DNA from: a virus
Length of the DNA stretch: 64,000 nucleotides
Virus record (IMG/VR): IMGVR_UViG_3300043811_000226
Reading direction: 5' to 3' (one strand)
The notes below the pieces were generated by a model. It saw only the letters and a list, made by a program, of their open reading frames with translations. It did not search any database and was not told the DNA's origin. Below, one piece after another: positions 8,446 to 16,906 of this stretch; within the stretch, counting starts at the first letter, position 1, and each line of letters begins with the position of its first letter. The translations under genes and the position numbers were made by a program.

Positions 8446-8755
8446 CCAGCTTCTCCTTGAGCGTGAGGATCTGTTCGAGGACCTCCTTCTTCGAGAGGTC
8501 GCGTAGGGGCGGGTTCGACCCAAGCCGGAGCTCCCCTCGCACGAGGGCCTGCTTGAGGGCCTCCTCGAGCATGGCCAGAAGGTCGAGCAGGTCGGCGCGG
8601 GCTCGGTTGCGAAAGAGCTCCACCAAGTCGAAACACTCAGGGCATACGAAGACGCTGGCTTGCCCGCCAGGGCGGGAAGGCAGGTCGTTGCTGCCACCGA
8701 AAAACTTTGCCACCGCCGGATCGACCGGACGGTGGCAGTTCATGCACGGCATCAT
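8348..8755 (-). CDS. Zn-ribbon hypothetical protein (CMNC...CPEC)
   Basis: Two CxxC pairs followed by helical region. Confidence 0.7.
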   Translation of the reverse strand: MMPCMNCHRPVDPAVAKFFGGSNDLPSRPGGQASVFVCPECFDLVELFRNRARADLLDLLAMLEEALKQALVRGELRLGSNPPLRDLSKKEVLEQILTLKEKLDARRSGTGPGDPTHQPDRTSDEGEEVRDVDSD

Positions 8756-8760
8756 GCGCG

Positions 8761-9300
8761 CTACGACGTCTCACTGCTGTCGTCGGTGCCTGTCCTCGAC
8801 GGGAGCACACGAATGGGCGCCGTCATCTTGCGCGTCGCGCGCTTCTGACTGTCAGTCAGACTCTCGCCTACCAAGCGAAGCAGTGCCTCCTGCTCGAAGC
8901 CCGCGGCGTCTGCAGCGATCTTCATGTTGAGCGCGGAGTAGTCCGAGCGCACACGGAAGATGAACTGATCCATCGCCGCGTCAGCAACGTGGGCGTGCGC
9001 TTGGCAGAAGACCGGAGGCTGCATCATGTCGACCTCCCGACGGTAGCTCGGAGGGGCGGCGAAGTAGTTGCGCAGCCAGTTCCAACCGCCGCGGTCTCTC
9101 TTGAGCACCGGCGCCGGGAAGCGTGCGACCTCGCCACAGACGCACTTCGGGGAGGACTCGTACTCGGCGCGGGCTCGGTCCTCGGCCTGCAGCAGCTCGA
9201 TCTGGATTGGGTTTCGTAGCCGCTTCATAAGGACGGCGAGGAAGGCGAGGATGCCACCTATGATGAGGAACCCGGGTCCGTAGTTCTGCCAGAAATCCAT
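8761..9300 (-). CDS. Membrane-anchored hypothetical protein with Cys/His motif
   Basis: N-terminal hydrophobic helix FLIIGGILAFLAVLM; CVCGE...FCQAH; AAGGAG upstream. Confidence 0.75.
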   Translation of the reverse strand: MDFWQNYGPGFLIIGGILAFLAVLMKRLRNPIQIELLQAEDRARAEYESSPKCVCGEVARFPAPVLKRDRGGWNWLRNYFAAPPSYRREVDMMQPPVFCQAHAHVADAAMDQFIFRVRSDYSALNMKIAADAAGFEQEALLRLVGESLTDSQKRATRKMTAPIRVLPSRTGTDDSSETS

Positions 9301-9671
9301 GATGCGACGTCTCCTTGTTCTGTTTCAGGCGGTGGGAGGGTTGAGAGTAGAGCGGCCCGGTCTCGACGCAAGGCTTCTTCTACTTCCACCTTCTCGATCA
9401 GCACCTGCAGGCTGTGCAGGTGCTCGTAGAGAGAAGAGCGTAGGTACTCGGTGTTTTGCGTGAGCCGGTCGAGAGCCCGGCGCCCGTGCTGCTCTGCGCG
9501 CTTCAAGTCGAGCAGCACGTAGAACTGGCCGTCGTCGAGAAGCTGCTTGATGGCAGCGCCGTCCTGCTGCGTGAGCAGAGGGGAGCGCGGCAACCAGTCT
9601 AGAAACGGCGTGTCCACGAACGTGCATAGACGAATGATCTTCTCCGCCTCTTCGAGCTGCTCGAGTCTCAT
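9258..9671 (-). CDS. Hypothetical helical protein (137 aa)
   Basis: Fits the operon. Confidence 0.65.
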   Translation of the reverse strand: MRLEQLEEAEKIIRLCTFVDTPFLDWLPRSPLLTQQDGAAIKQLLDDGQFYVLLDLKRAEQHGRRALDRLTQNTEYLRSSLYEHLHSLQVLIEKVEVEEALRRDRAALLSTLPPPETEQGDVASWISGRTTDPGSSS

Positions 9672-10063
9672 GGCTGAACGAAGAAATCATTTACTTTGGT
9701 CCACCCCAAGAGAGCCGCCGGGTCCGGGGTCACCATGACGTTGACCGCGTTCGACGTCTTCTGCACCACGATGGCCATGACATCGGACTGCGTGATGGGT
9801 CTCGAGAGGAACTGGATGAAGTACTGCAGGTTCGGCGGCCAGGTCTTCGGAAAGTTGGTGCCTGGCGGCAGGGGAGCAGTAGGGTCCTGCCACCGTACCC
9901 AGAGCGAGTAGCGAGTGATGCCGTTGGACGACTCGATGTCCTTCAGGGCGGCGTCCAAAGCCAGCGCCCTGTTCTGATCGATGTTCCCGTCAGGGCACCG
10001 CGTCCCGCGCTGCGCGAACGCCAGCAGCGCCTCGTACTGCTCCTGCGAAATAGTGAGGTTCAT
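9668..10063 (-). CDS. Hypothetical protein (131 aa)
   Basis: Protein-like from MNLTISQEQY. Confidence 0.7.
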   Translation of the reverse strand: MNLTISQEQYEALLAFAQRGTRCPDGNIDQNRALALDAALKDIESSNGITRYSLWVRWQDPTAPLPPGTNFPKTWPPNLQYFIQFLSRPITQSDVMAIVVQKTSNAVNVMVTPDPAALLGWTKVNDFFVQP

Positions 10064-10076
10064 AGACCGAAGAGTA

Positions 10077-10841
10077 CTACTTGTCGCGCACCCAGGCCAA
10101 AGCAGTAGCTGTGAAGCGCTCCAGCTCATCGAGGGTGCCGTCGTTATTGATCGTGAAGCTGAAGTAGTCCTCGGGGATGGTGCTGAACTCGGTCTCGCTG
10201 AGATGCTTCGCAGCCGCGCCTTCGAGCGTCGTAGGACGCTTCATGAGAAAGACCGCACCGCCAGCGGCATTGATGGCCCGGACCTCGTTCTTGAAGCGAA
10301 CGTCGGAGATGACGACACCCTTGGGTTTCTGCAGCCCTCCCACGAACAGTAGTCCTGACTTCTGCGAGTAGTAGTTCACACCGTTAGGGTCATCCCGATC
10401 ATCTGCCAGGAGCCTGGTGGCCGTACGCAGAGCGTAGTCGACCCACACGTCCGGGTAGCAATCACGCCCCCACTCCGTACCGAGGCGCTGGAGCGCGTAA
10501 CGCGTCGTGAGCACGCAGTCCGTGTGCTCTTGGCTTCCTTTGATCACGTGCTGGCCGTCCTTCACGTAGATCTCTCTCGACCAGCAACCGCAGCGCTGAC
10601 AGATCGACATCCCTGAGATGATGGGACCCCACACGTGCGGGATGTTCTTGAAGCGCTCGTCCACGGCGTTGCGCTTCTCGCTCGGTCCCCATAGCTGTTC
10701 GTCAGTGAAGGCGAAGACGTCCTTGCAGATGCGCTTCAAGGGGTCTGCGAACGCCACCTTCGCAAAGCCATGGTTCTTGACGAGGAAGTCCGCCGCTGTG
10801 TCCTTGCCGCTGCCTGCCGGCCCGCACAGTCCAATGATCAT
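10077..10841 (-). CDS. Deoxynucleoside monophosphate kinase (254 aa)
   Basis: MIIGLCGPAGSGKDT P-loop, FADPLK, R..LQ.LGTEWGR, VVISDVRFKNE, HLSET; carries a CQRC insertion. Confidence 0.9.
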   Translation of the reverse strand: MIIGLCGPAGSGKDTAADFLVKNHGFAKVAFADPLKRICKDVFAFTDEQLWGPSEKRNAVDERFKNIPHVWGPIISGMSICQRCGCWSREIYVKDGQHVIKGSQEHTDCVLTTRYALQRLGTEWGRDCYPDVWVDYALRTATRLLADDRDDPNGVNYYSQKSGLLFVGGLQKPKGVVISDVRFKNEVRAINAAGGAVFLMKRPTTLEGAAAKHLSETEFSTIPEDYFSFTINNDGTLDELERFTATALAWVRDK

Positions 10842-11164
10842 GTCTTCTTCTCCTTGAGTTCTTTCGCCCTCGCTTCCGGCATCGTCCAGCCGGCATCGAG
10901 GGCCTTCTTCTCCCAGGGCGCGAGTCCCTTGGGTTTCACAGGGAACTCCCCAGACCAGCGACAGTGGTAACACACAGCCTCGAGGCAAACGTTGTCGAAC
11001 GCCTGCCCGTGATCCTCGGTGCCTTCATCTTCGCACTCGCAGATAAACCCCAGGCACCCGCCACGCCGGTTGTGCAAGCTAGCGCACTTGTCTTCACCTC
11101 CTTTGCCGTGCTTGCTCGGCTCGGCCCCGCACTTCGGGCACGCCCACTTGATCTGTACGGTCAT
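10838..11164 (-). CDS. Cys-rich hypothetical protein (108 aa)
   Basis: CPKC, CECE, C...CYHC. Confidence 0.7.
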   Translation of the reverse strand: MTVQIKWACPKCGAEPSKHGKGGEDKCASLHNRRGGCLGFICECEDEGTEDHGQAFDNVCLEAVCYHCRWSGEFPVKPKGLAPWEKKALDAGWTMPEARAKELKEKKT

Positions 11165-11487
11165 ACATCTCTCCGAAGAACGCGCTCGAACAGGTGGTAC
11201 AAGAGGTCTATACCGCCGTTCTCGCTGCGCTTGATGAACGTGCCGAGGTGCTTGAGTTCCGTGACTGTGTCCTCTGGCAGGCTAGGGATCTCGTCACCGG
11301 TCAGGCGCACCTCGAAGTCACGCCGCTGCTGTGGCATGCCCGTGTCGACGAGCGCCCACAGGCAAGGGCGCACGCTCATGCCATTCGACGCGAAGTCTGC
11401 GTGAAGGACCTTCGCATCCATAGGCAGGTCGAGATGGAAGAAGCCGTCTTCATCCGTCTTGATGGGGTACTTGTGAACCGTGCGCAT
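11161..11487 (-). CDS. Conserved small phage hypothetical protein (108 aa)
   Basis: RTVHKYPI..LDLP.DAKVLH...PCLWALVD...TG pattern, common in phage genomes. Confidence 0.75.
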   Translation of the reverse strand: MRTVHKYPIKTDEDGFFHLDLPMDAKVLHADFASNGMSVRPCLWALVDTGMPQQRRDFEVRLTGDEIPSLPEDTVTELKHLGTFIKRSENGGIDLLYHLFERVLRRDV

Positions 11488-11496
11488 GCTGTTCTC

Positions 11497-12009
11497 CTAG
11501 TCGCAGTCCGGACAAGGCGGCTCTTGGCCTGCCAGCGAGATCTCGTTCAGCTTGCGCTGCTCATCGAGGATGGCTCGGCGCTCATCGTCTAGCTTCTGTT
11601 CATCGACCTCGATGTACTCGAGCCAGAGCTTGTCGAAGTTCTTGGTAGCCAGCACCAGCTCTTCGCCGATGTACGGACTGTTCGCGCAAGGTTCTGCGAC
11701 GACGTACTTCTTCTCTTCGAGCCACTCCATGAACGCACCAACGACGAGCTTGTCCTTGTGTGACGCGCGTAGCTTCTCGCAGTTGGGGACCTCGAGGGTC
11801 TTCGATGTCTTCTTTTCTGCCATGACCTTCCTCATTGGGCAGGCTGTATGCTGCCTCGTCCAGGTCTTGCCTCCATCGGCAGACCACTCCACGAAAGAAG
11901 TGGGCCTGCCGTTGGGATGTCGAATGGGGCGGCGCTTCATACCGCAGCGCTGACAGGTATCCCCATTGGCGCCGTAGCCGTACCAGTGGTCAGGTTGTGC
12001 CTTGGGCAT
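11497..12009 (-). CDS. Hypothetical protein with Cys motifs (about 170 aa)
   Basis: CQRC..., C-terminal CPDC; start uncertain. Confidence 0.6.
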   Translation of the reverse strand: MPKAQPDHWYGYGANGDTCQRCGMKRRPIRHPNGRPTSFVEWSADGGKTWTRQHTACPMRKVMAEKKTSKTLEVPNCEKLRASHKDKLVVGAFMEWLEEKKYVVAEPCANSPYIGEELVLATKNFDKLWLEYIEVDEQKLDDERRAILDEQRKLNEISLAGQEPPCPDCD

Positions 12010-12154
12010 CGGGCGTCCCCTTGCAGTCGTCTGTATCGGGCGGCTTCGCATTGTGCCCGACGGTGTGCTCCTTCAAGCACTTGGTGCACTTGTAGACGTC
12101 CTTCTCCGAGAAGGAGTCCTTGATCCAGTCAAGCTGAAACCAATTGTGCTTCAC
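11990..12154 (-). CDS. Small Zn-binding protein (54 aa, GTG start)
   Basis: H..W...CTKC...DDC; GTGA overlap with the upstream stop. Confidence 0.55.
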   Translation of the reverse strand: MKHNWFQLDWIKDSFSEKDVYKCTKCLKEHTVGHNAKPPDTDDCKGTPDAQGTT

Positions 12155-12867
12155 GAGCTGACCCGGCCCTCTAGCACCATCTTCTCGAGCGGCGTGAGGT
12201 CCCACTGCGCGAGCACGGTATAGATCAGCCCCGAGACGTGCTTGAGAAGAAGCGGGTCGGGCGGCGCCATGTGCTCCCACTTCGCTTCCCAGAGGATGTG
12301 GTAGCCAGAAAGCTCGCCCTTCGGACGAAGCATCACCGGGATGGCCGGTACGAGCGCCTTGAATTTCTCCTGGCTCAGACGAGGCAGGTTGTTCTGCTCG
12401 CGCCAGTGCTCGTTGGTGAGCTCGGGCGGGAACATGGCGTCGGGGATGCCGATGGCACCGTTCTTGAACCGACCCTTGTTGTGATCGTAGGGCACCCAGC
12501 GGTCTTTGTAAAAGACGATGTGGTTGCGATCTCGCGACACGATGACGTTCGGCCAGTCGGCCTGCGCTACCGCCAGAAGAGGCAGGCGCTTGCCTTCGCG
12601 CGCGATGCCGGCTTCGCGCATCACCTGCCCTAGGTTCAGAATGCGCTGACCATTGGCCATCACGCGGTACGACTCCATGAGGACCTCGTCCTCCTTCTCG
12701 ATGGTCGACTTGAACGAGCGCGCTGAGCGCAGGCTGCGTCCTGCAGCGAGCACCTTCTCTCGCGCCTCCTTCATGCGCGCCTCGCGATGCTCACGTACCT
12801 TCTTCCGGTAGTCCTTGTAGTGGATGGCGGCGATGCGCGGATCCATCTGGTGCGTGGTGATATTCAT
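12151..12867 (-). CDS. Conserved phage hypothetical protein (238 aa)
   Basis: C-terminal VPAIP..LRP..YHILWEAKW..PPDPLLL..VLAQWDLT.LE pattern; GGAGAA upstream. Confidence 0.8.
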   Translation of the reverse strand: MNITTHQMDPRIAAIHYKDYRKKVREHREARMKEAREKVLAAGRSLRSARSFKSTIEKEDEVLMESYRVMANGQRILNLGQVMREAGIAREGKRLPLLAVAQADWPNVIVSRDRNHIVFYKDRWVPYDHNKGRFKNGAIGIPDAMFPPELTNEHWREQNNLPRLSQEKFKALVPAIPVMLRPKGELSGYHILWEAKWEHMAPPDPLLLKHVSGLIYTVLAQWDLTPLEKMVLEGRVSS

Positions 12868-12877
12868 AGGCGTTCTC

Positions 12878-13312
12878 CTAGTCCTTGTACTGACGGTGTT
12901 TGATGCCCACGGTGTCGAAGAGCTCGAGACCACGACGGATGCGGTAGTCATTGAGGTAGAGCACTTCGCGAACGTTGCCGAGGTTGATGAGAAGCTTGGC
13001 GCAGTTCACACACGGAAGGTGCGTGCAGAAGACGATCTTCTCGGTGGCCCTGGGTGCGTCGCAGTTGACGACGGCGTTGGCCTCCGCATGGATGCAGCCG
13101 CACAGGCCCGGCGTGTCGGAGTCGCACTCGTTGGGTAGCCCCGCGGCGTTGCCGTTGTAGCCCCAGCTCAGAATCTTCCTGAAGTCGGGGGTGGCGACGA
13201 CGCACCCGACCTGCACCAGCTTGCCCTCAGAACTGGTACGACGACAAGTAGATCGCCGGCTGAGACTCTCGGCGATGCCCATGCAGATGCTCTCGAACGA
13301 CGGTCGGATCAT
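12878..13312 (-). CDS. dCMP deaminase / cytidine-deaminase family protein (144 aa)
   Basis: SRRSTC..VGCVV..GYNG, HAEANA and PCVNC zinc motifs. Confidence 0.92.
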   Translation of the reverse strand: MIRPSFESICMGIAESLSRRSTCRRTSSEGKLVQVGCVVATPDFRKILSWGYNGNAAGLPNECDSDTPGLCGCIHAEANAVVNCDAPRATEKIVFCTHLPCVNCAKLLINLGNVREVLYLNDYRIRRGLELFDTVGIKHRQYKD

Positions 13313-13620
13313 TGGCTCTTCTCCAGGGTTTCCTTGTGCCACGTCTTGAAGCGCGCGAGCTTCACGTCGAACTGCAGCTTGAAGGCGACAAGGTCGCCGG
13401 CCGTGAAGTTCTCGGTCTTGAAGAACTCGATGGCCGCAGACAGATCCGCGAGCTCGCTGACTAGGCGCTCGCGCAGGTTGGTCCCATCCCAGTGGTCCTC
13501 CTTGCCAGCGTTGCCCATCAACTTGCCGCTTACCTGGGACACCTCCCCTTGTTCTTCGAGTAGCTTGCCGAGGCCGGGCCACACGCGGCTCCCGAGCATG
13601 AAGTCTCCATTGCCTTCCAT
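13309..13620 (-). CDS. MazG-like nucleotide pyrophosphohydrolase (103 aa)
   Basis: KLLEEQGEV..GK...ELADL (EExxE / ExxD all-alpha NTP-PPase motif). Confidence 0.75.
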   Translation of the reverse strand: MEGNGDFMLGSRVWPGLGKLLEEQGEVSQVSGKLMGNAGKEDHWDGTNLRERLVSELADLSAAIEFFKTENFTAGDLVAFKLQFDVKLARFKTWHKETLEKSQ

Positions 13621-13925
13621 CAGATGACTCCTCTCACAGTTAGTACTTGCCGGATGCAGTCGCGCGCGTAGTCGCACGCCCTGCGTTGCACGCGCCACGA
13701 CAGCGGAGTGCTGCCGTAGGACGCCCCGAAGACTTCTTGCCGCGTGAAGACGCGGTCATGGTGGTGAGGCTCCCCTTTGTCCTCCCACTTCACACGCAGC
13801 ACGAACTCGCCGTTCGGGCGGGCCACGAACTCGACACCGGTCGCCCCCGTCGACCTCCGAATCGGATCGAACCAGCGCTCCAGCTGCTGACGAAGACCCT
13901 GGAGAAGAGCGTCACCTCGGTCCAT
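13620..13925 (-). CDS. Hypothetical protein (101 aa)
   Basis: GGGGAG before the ATG at 13925; TGATG overlap with the MazG-like gene. Confidence 0.65.
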   Translation of the reverse strand: MDRGDALLQGLRQQLERWFDPIRRSTGATGVEFVARPNGEFVLRVKWEDKGEPHHHDRVFTRQEVFGASYGSTPLSWRVQRRACDYARDCIRQVLTVRGVI

Positions 13926-13937
13926 ACTGGCTCCCCC

Positions 13938-14390
13938 GTGGCTGGCGAAGCATACTTCACGTCCGAGCGTTTCATTCACGACGACCTGGCATACAAGGTC
14001 GAGAAGATGGTCATCCTCGCGAGAGGCAAGTACAAGAGGACCGGCAAGTTCGAAAGCTACGCCATCGCCTGGCCCAGCGAGACCATTACAGGCGACGACG
14101 GCAAGGCCATCGCAGGCTCCGTGCTGATGCGCCTGCAGGACGACACACCGCCGCAAGAAGTGATGCAGTCACTCAAGAAGATGGTCGTGCGCACCAAGGC
14201 CTACGGCCTGGCGCTGTTCGAGAAGAAGGTCGACGCGCTGCGCATACTCTTCGAGACGCACCATGGCGCTCGAGCGTGGATCGTACCGCTCGAGCGCCAT
14301 GGAGACCGTCTAGTACCAGGCAAGTACACCATCCGAGACAACGCCGAGTGCCTGGGCCTTCTCTGGCAACCCAGGCGCGGTACCGCCTAG
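13938..14390 (+). CDS. Hypothetical protein (about 150 aa; start at GTG 13938 or ATG 14007)
   Basis: Protein-like 3' part of ORF 13647..14390; convergent 4-nt overlap with the next gene. Confidence 0.7.
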   Translation: MAGEAYFTSERFIHDDLAYKVEKMVILARGKYKRTGKFESYAIAWPSETITGDDGKAIAGSVLMRLQDDTPPQEVMQSLKKMVVRTKAYGLALFEKKVDALRILFETHHGARAWIVPLERHGDRLVPGKYTIRDNAECLGLLWQPRRGTA

Positions 14391-15214
14391 GACGCCGCCT
14401 GCTTGTCGAGGGCCTGCGCTGCGGGAGGGATGGGGAACTTCGCTGCCTCGGCGGCCCTCTTCAGCCGTTCGTGCTGCGCCTGAGCCACCGGGTCGAGGGT
14501 AGCAGAAGGAGGGGCCTCCGGCTGACGCTCAGCCTGGGGCGGGACCACGATGCGTGCCGCACCCGGCTGCGCGACGACTTCGTCGCCCTGGATCGCCGAG
14601 CTCGCGTCATCGTCACTCGGAGGCGTCGGGATGCGCTCGGGCAGCGTGAGACCTTCACGCGCTGCCGCCACGAGACGTCGCGCAGACTCCCGCGCGTTCT
14701 CGGAGTACTCGGCCGTCGCGATGTCGTAGGCACGCTGCTCGAGCGGGTTGAGCTCGCCCGTGTTGCGGTACGCAGCGATGACCGTAGAGGCGGCGTGCTG
14801 ACGCACCGTCGTGGGGTCGTCCCCGTTACCGAGGCGAGGCGGGGTGGGGAAGAGGTCCTGCTGCGAAGACGACGCCTTGACGCCCGTAACGGGAGTGCGC
14901 TTCGGAGCTGCCTCGGTTGCAGGCGCCCGACCGCGCCGACCCGCTGTCTTCTTGGCGGTCTTCTTCACCGCCGGCGCAGCTGCTGCAGCAGCCGCCTTCT
15001 TCGCCTTTTTGGGCTGAGGTCGCGGAGTGACCTCCTTCTTGGTGGCGTTCTTGCCATCGGCGAAGTACTTGTCGGCGAAGTCGTGTGCGCGCTTCTTGTC
15101 CTTCTCGTTCCAGGTCGCCTTGCCGATGGCTCTTCGCGCACCCGTGAGACCGGCATACTTGCCGTTCTGGGCGTTCTCGATGAAGCTGTCGACGGTGAGT
15201 TTCTCGTAGTTCAT
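14387..15214 (-). CDS. Hypothetical protein with Lys/Ala/Pro-rich histone-H1-like segment (275 aa)
   Basis: KKAKKAAAAAAAPAVKKTAKKTAGRRGR; GAGGAG upstream. Confidence 0.75.
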   Translation of the reverse strand: MNYEKLTVDSFIENAQNGKYAGLTGARRAIGKATWNEKDKKRAHDFADKYFADGKNATKKEVTPRPQPKKAKKAAAAAAAPAVKKTAKKTAGRRGRAPATEAAPKRTPVTGVKASSSQQDLFPTPPRLGNGDDPTTVRQHAASTVIAAYRNTGELNPLEQRAYDIATAEYSENARESARRLVAAAREGLTLPERIPTPPSDDDASSAIQGDEVVAQPGAARIVVPPQAERQPEAPPSATLDPVAQAQHERLKRAAEAAKFPIPPAAQALDKQAAS

Positions 15215-15332
15215 CTGCAGTCTCCTCTTTTGTTTCGCTCGGGATGAGCGAACAAGCCGTCTCTCTAACGAGGGCGGCTGTGCACCACGGCACTGGGTGG
15301 AAGTGAAAGAACTACTCCCCCTACATCAGAAG

Positions 15333-15503
15333 TCAACCAGCTGGTGTCTTCTTCTTGTGCACTAGCACCAGAACAGAGGCACCCAGGCCCATGCACAAAA
15401 GCCCGACGCGTGCGCCCTTATTCCCTCCGAAGTCGTAGTGCATCTCCAGAAGAAGGCACACAATAGAAGCAGTCAGCATTCCCACAGCAGCAGCACGAAG
15501 CAT
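15333..15503 (-). CDS. Small two-helix membrane protein (56 aa)
   Basis: AGGAGG then ATG at 15503; two hydrophobic stretches and a basic tail KKKTPAG. Confidence 0.65.
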   Translation of the reverse strand: MLRAAAVGMLTASIVCLLLEMHYDFGGNKGARVGLLCMGLGASVLVLVHKKKTPAG

Positions 15504-15649
15504 CGAGCGCCTCCTGGAGCACGTCGAGTGCTCCGTACATCTTCTTCCGCGTTCGGGGAAAAGAATGCTGAGGCGATCTGGCTTGCCACAACAGTAGGGG
15601 TCGACGCTACAATCCAACTGCTCGTACAACCCCTACTTCAAGGTGAGTC

Positions 15650-16645
15650 ATGCACACAGTCTTCGCTCCGCACCTCAAGTGCAACGTTGTCATCGGGGCC
15701 TGCAAGCTGCCCGATCCGCACGCAATGCGCTTCCACCTCGGCGACTACGTCGACGAAGCCACACTCCCGCCGTCTCCCGCCTCAGTGGACTACAGCGCCC
15801 CCGCCATGTCGGTCATCTCGAACATCGAAGGCAACGACTCGGTGGGTGACTGCGTTCTGGCAGAGGAGGCTCACTTCGTCGGTGTAATGACCGGCAACAC
15901 GGGCCGGCTGTTCTCGTACACACCGGCCCTGACCCTCGCCGCGTACTCGGCCATCACAGGGTACAACCCGAGCGACCCGAGTACCGACCAGGGAACCGAC
16001 CCGACGGTCGCGATGAACTACTTCGTCAAGAACGCCTACGCGGACGGTACCAAGCTCGCCGGCTGGGCCATGGTCGACGCTTCCAACAAGACGCTCGTGA
16101 CCTTCGCCATCAGCGCCCTTGGCAACTTGAAGCTCTGGGTCGGTCTGCCTGATGCGTGGATCAACCCCTTCCCCAGCAAGAACGGCTTCGTCTGGGACGT
16201 CGCTCCTCCCAACGCGAACAACGGTCACTGCATCGGCTCATGCGCCTACAACTCGACGCAGATCACCATCGTGGGCACCAACGCGCAGGGCGTGCAGGTC
16301 ATGACCTGGGGGCTCATCGGCACTATCACCTGGGCGGCCTTCGCAGCCCTCTTCGTGCAGAGCGCCGGCGGCGGCGCAGCCGTGCGAATCACCCCCGACT
16401 GGTTGGCCAAGGGTGCCACGAAGACGCCAAGCGGGTTCGCCTACGCGGACCTCATCTCGGATCTCAACCGGTTCTACGGAAGCAACATCCCGGTCCCCAC
16501 GCCTCCCCCGCAGCAGCTGCCGGCCACCCTCGCCAACGCGCAGATGGTGACGAACAACGCGCTCTCGCGCCAGCTCCCCTTCATCCAGAGGGGCAACGCG
16601 AAGACTCTCGTCGATGCGGCACTCGCCACGCTGGTCTGGCCGTGA
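15650..16645 (+). CDS. Papain-like (C1-type) cysteine peptidase-like protein (331 aa)
   Basis: GNDSVGDCV (putative catalytic Cys), TDQG, NGHCI (His) and MTWG follow the papain-fold motif order. Confidence 0.65.
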   Translation: MHTVFAPHLKCNVVIGACKLPDPHAMRFHLGDYVDEATLPPSPASVDYSAPAMSVISNIEGNDSVGDCVLAEEAHFVGVMTGNTGRLFSYTPALTLAAYSAITGYNPSDPSTDQGTDPTVAMNYFVKNAYADGTKLAGWAMVDASNKTLVTFAISALGNLKLWVGLPDAWINPFPSKNGFVWDVAPPNANNGHCIGSCAYNSTQITIVGTNAQGVQVMTWGLIGTITWAAFAALFVQSAGGGAAVRITPDWLAKGATKTPSGFAYADLISDLNRFYGSNIPVPTPPPQQLPATLANAQMVTNNALSRQLPFIQRGNAKTLVDAALATLVWP

Positions 16646-16890
16646 AGGCGCTGTACTTCCTGGCCGCTGTGTTCCTGACCGGTTGCTCCAAGCAGCCACC
16701 GGCAACCACTCCTGCGCAGCGCGCGTTCGACCTGTTCGTTGAGGCAGGCTGCACTGCCGCCGACGACAGTGGTGCCGGCGCGCAGGCGTTCCTCGAGGAG
16801 TCCATGTCCGACGCAGCTCCTCCCTTCTTCGCCTGTCTGCTCGAAGGAGGCACCATCACGTCCTGCAACGTCAACTGCGCAGGCCAGTAA
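16642..16890 (+). CDS. Small lipoprotein (82 aa, GTG start)
   Basis: MKALYFLAAVFLTG/C lipobox; four further Cys; GTGA overlap with the peptidase stop. Confidence 0.75.
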   Translation: MKALYFLAAVFLTGCSKQPPATTPAQRAFDLFVEAGCTAADDSGAGAQAFLEESMSDAAPPFFACLLEGGTITSCNVNCAGQ

Positions 16891-16906
16891 CCAACCAAGA
16901 CACGAC

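Noticed and set aside
14387-15214. K-x-A motifs in the histone-like protein as protease sites
   Set aside because: Explained by extreme Lys/Ala composition; the gene is outside the virion module
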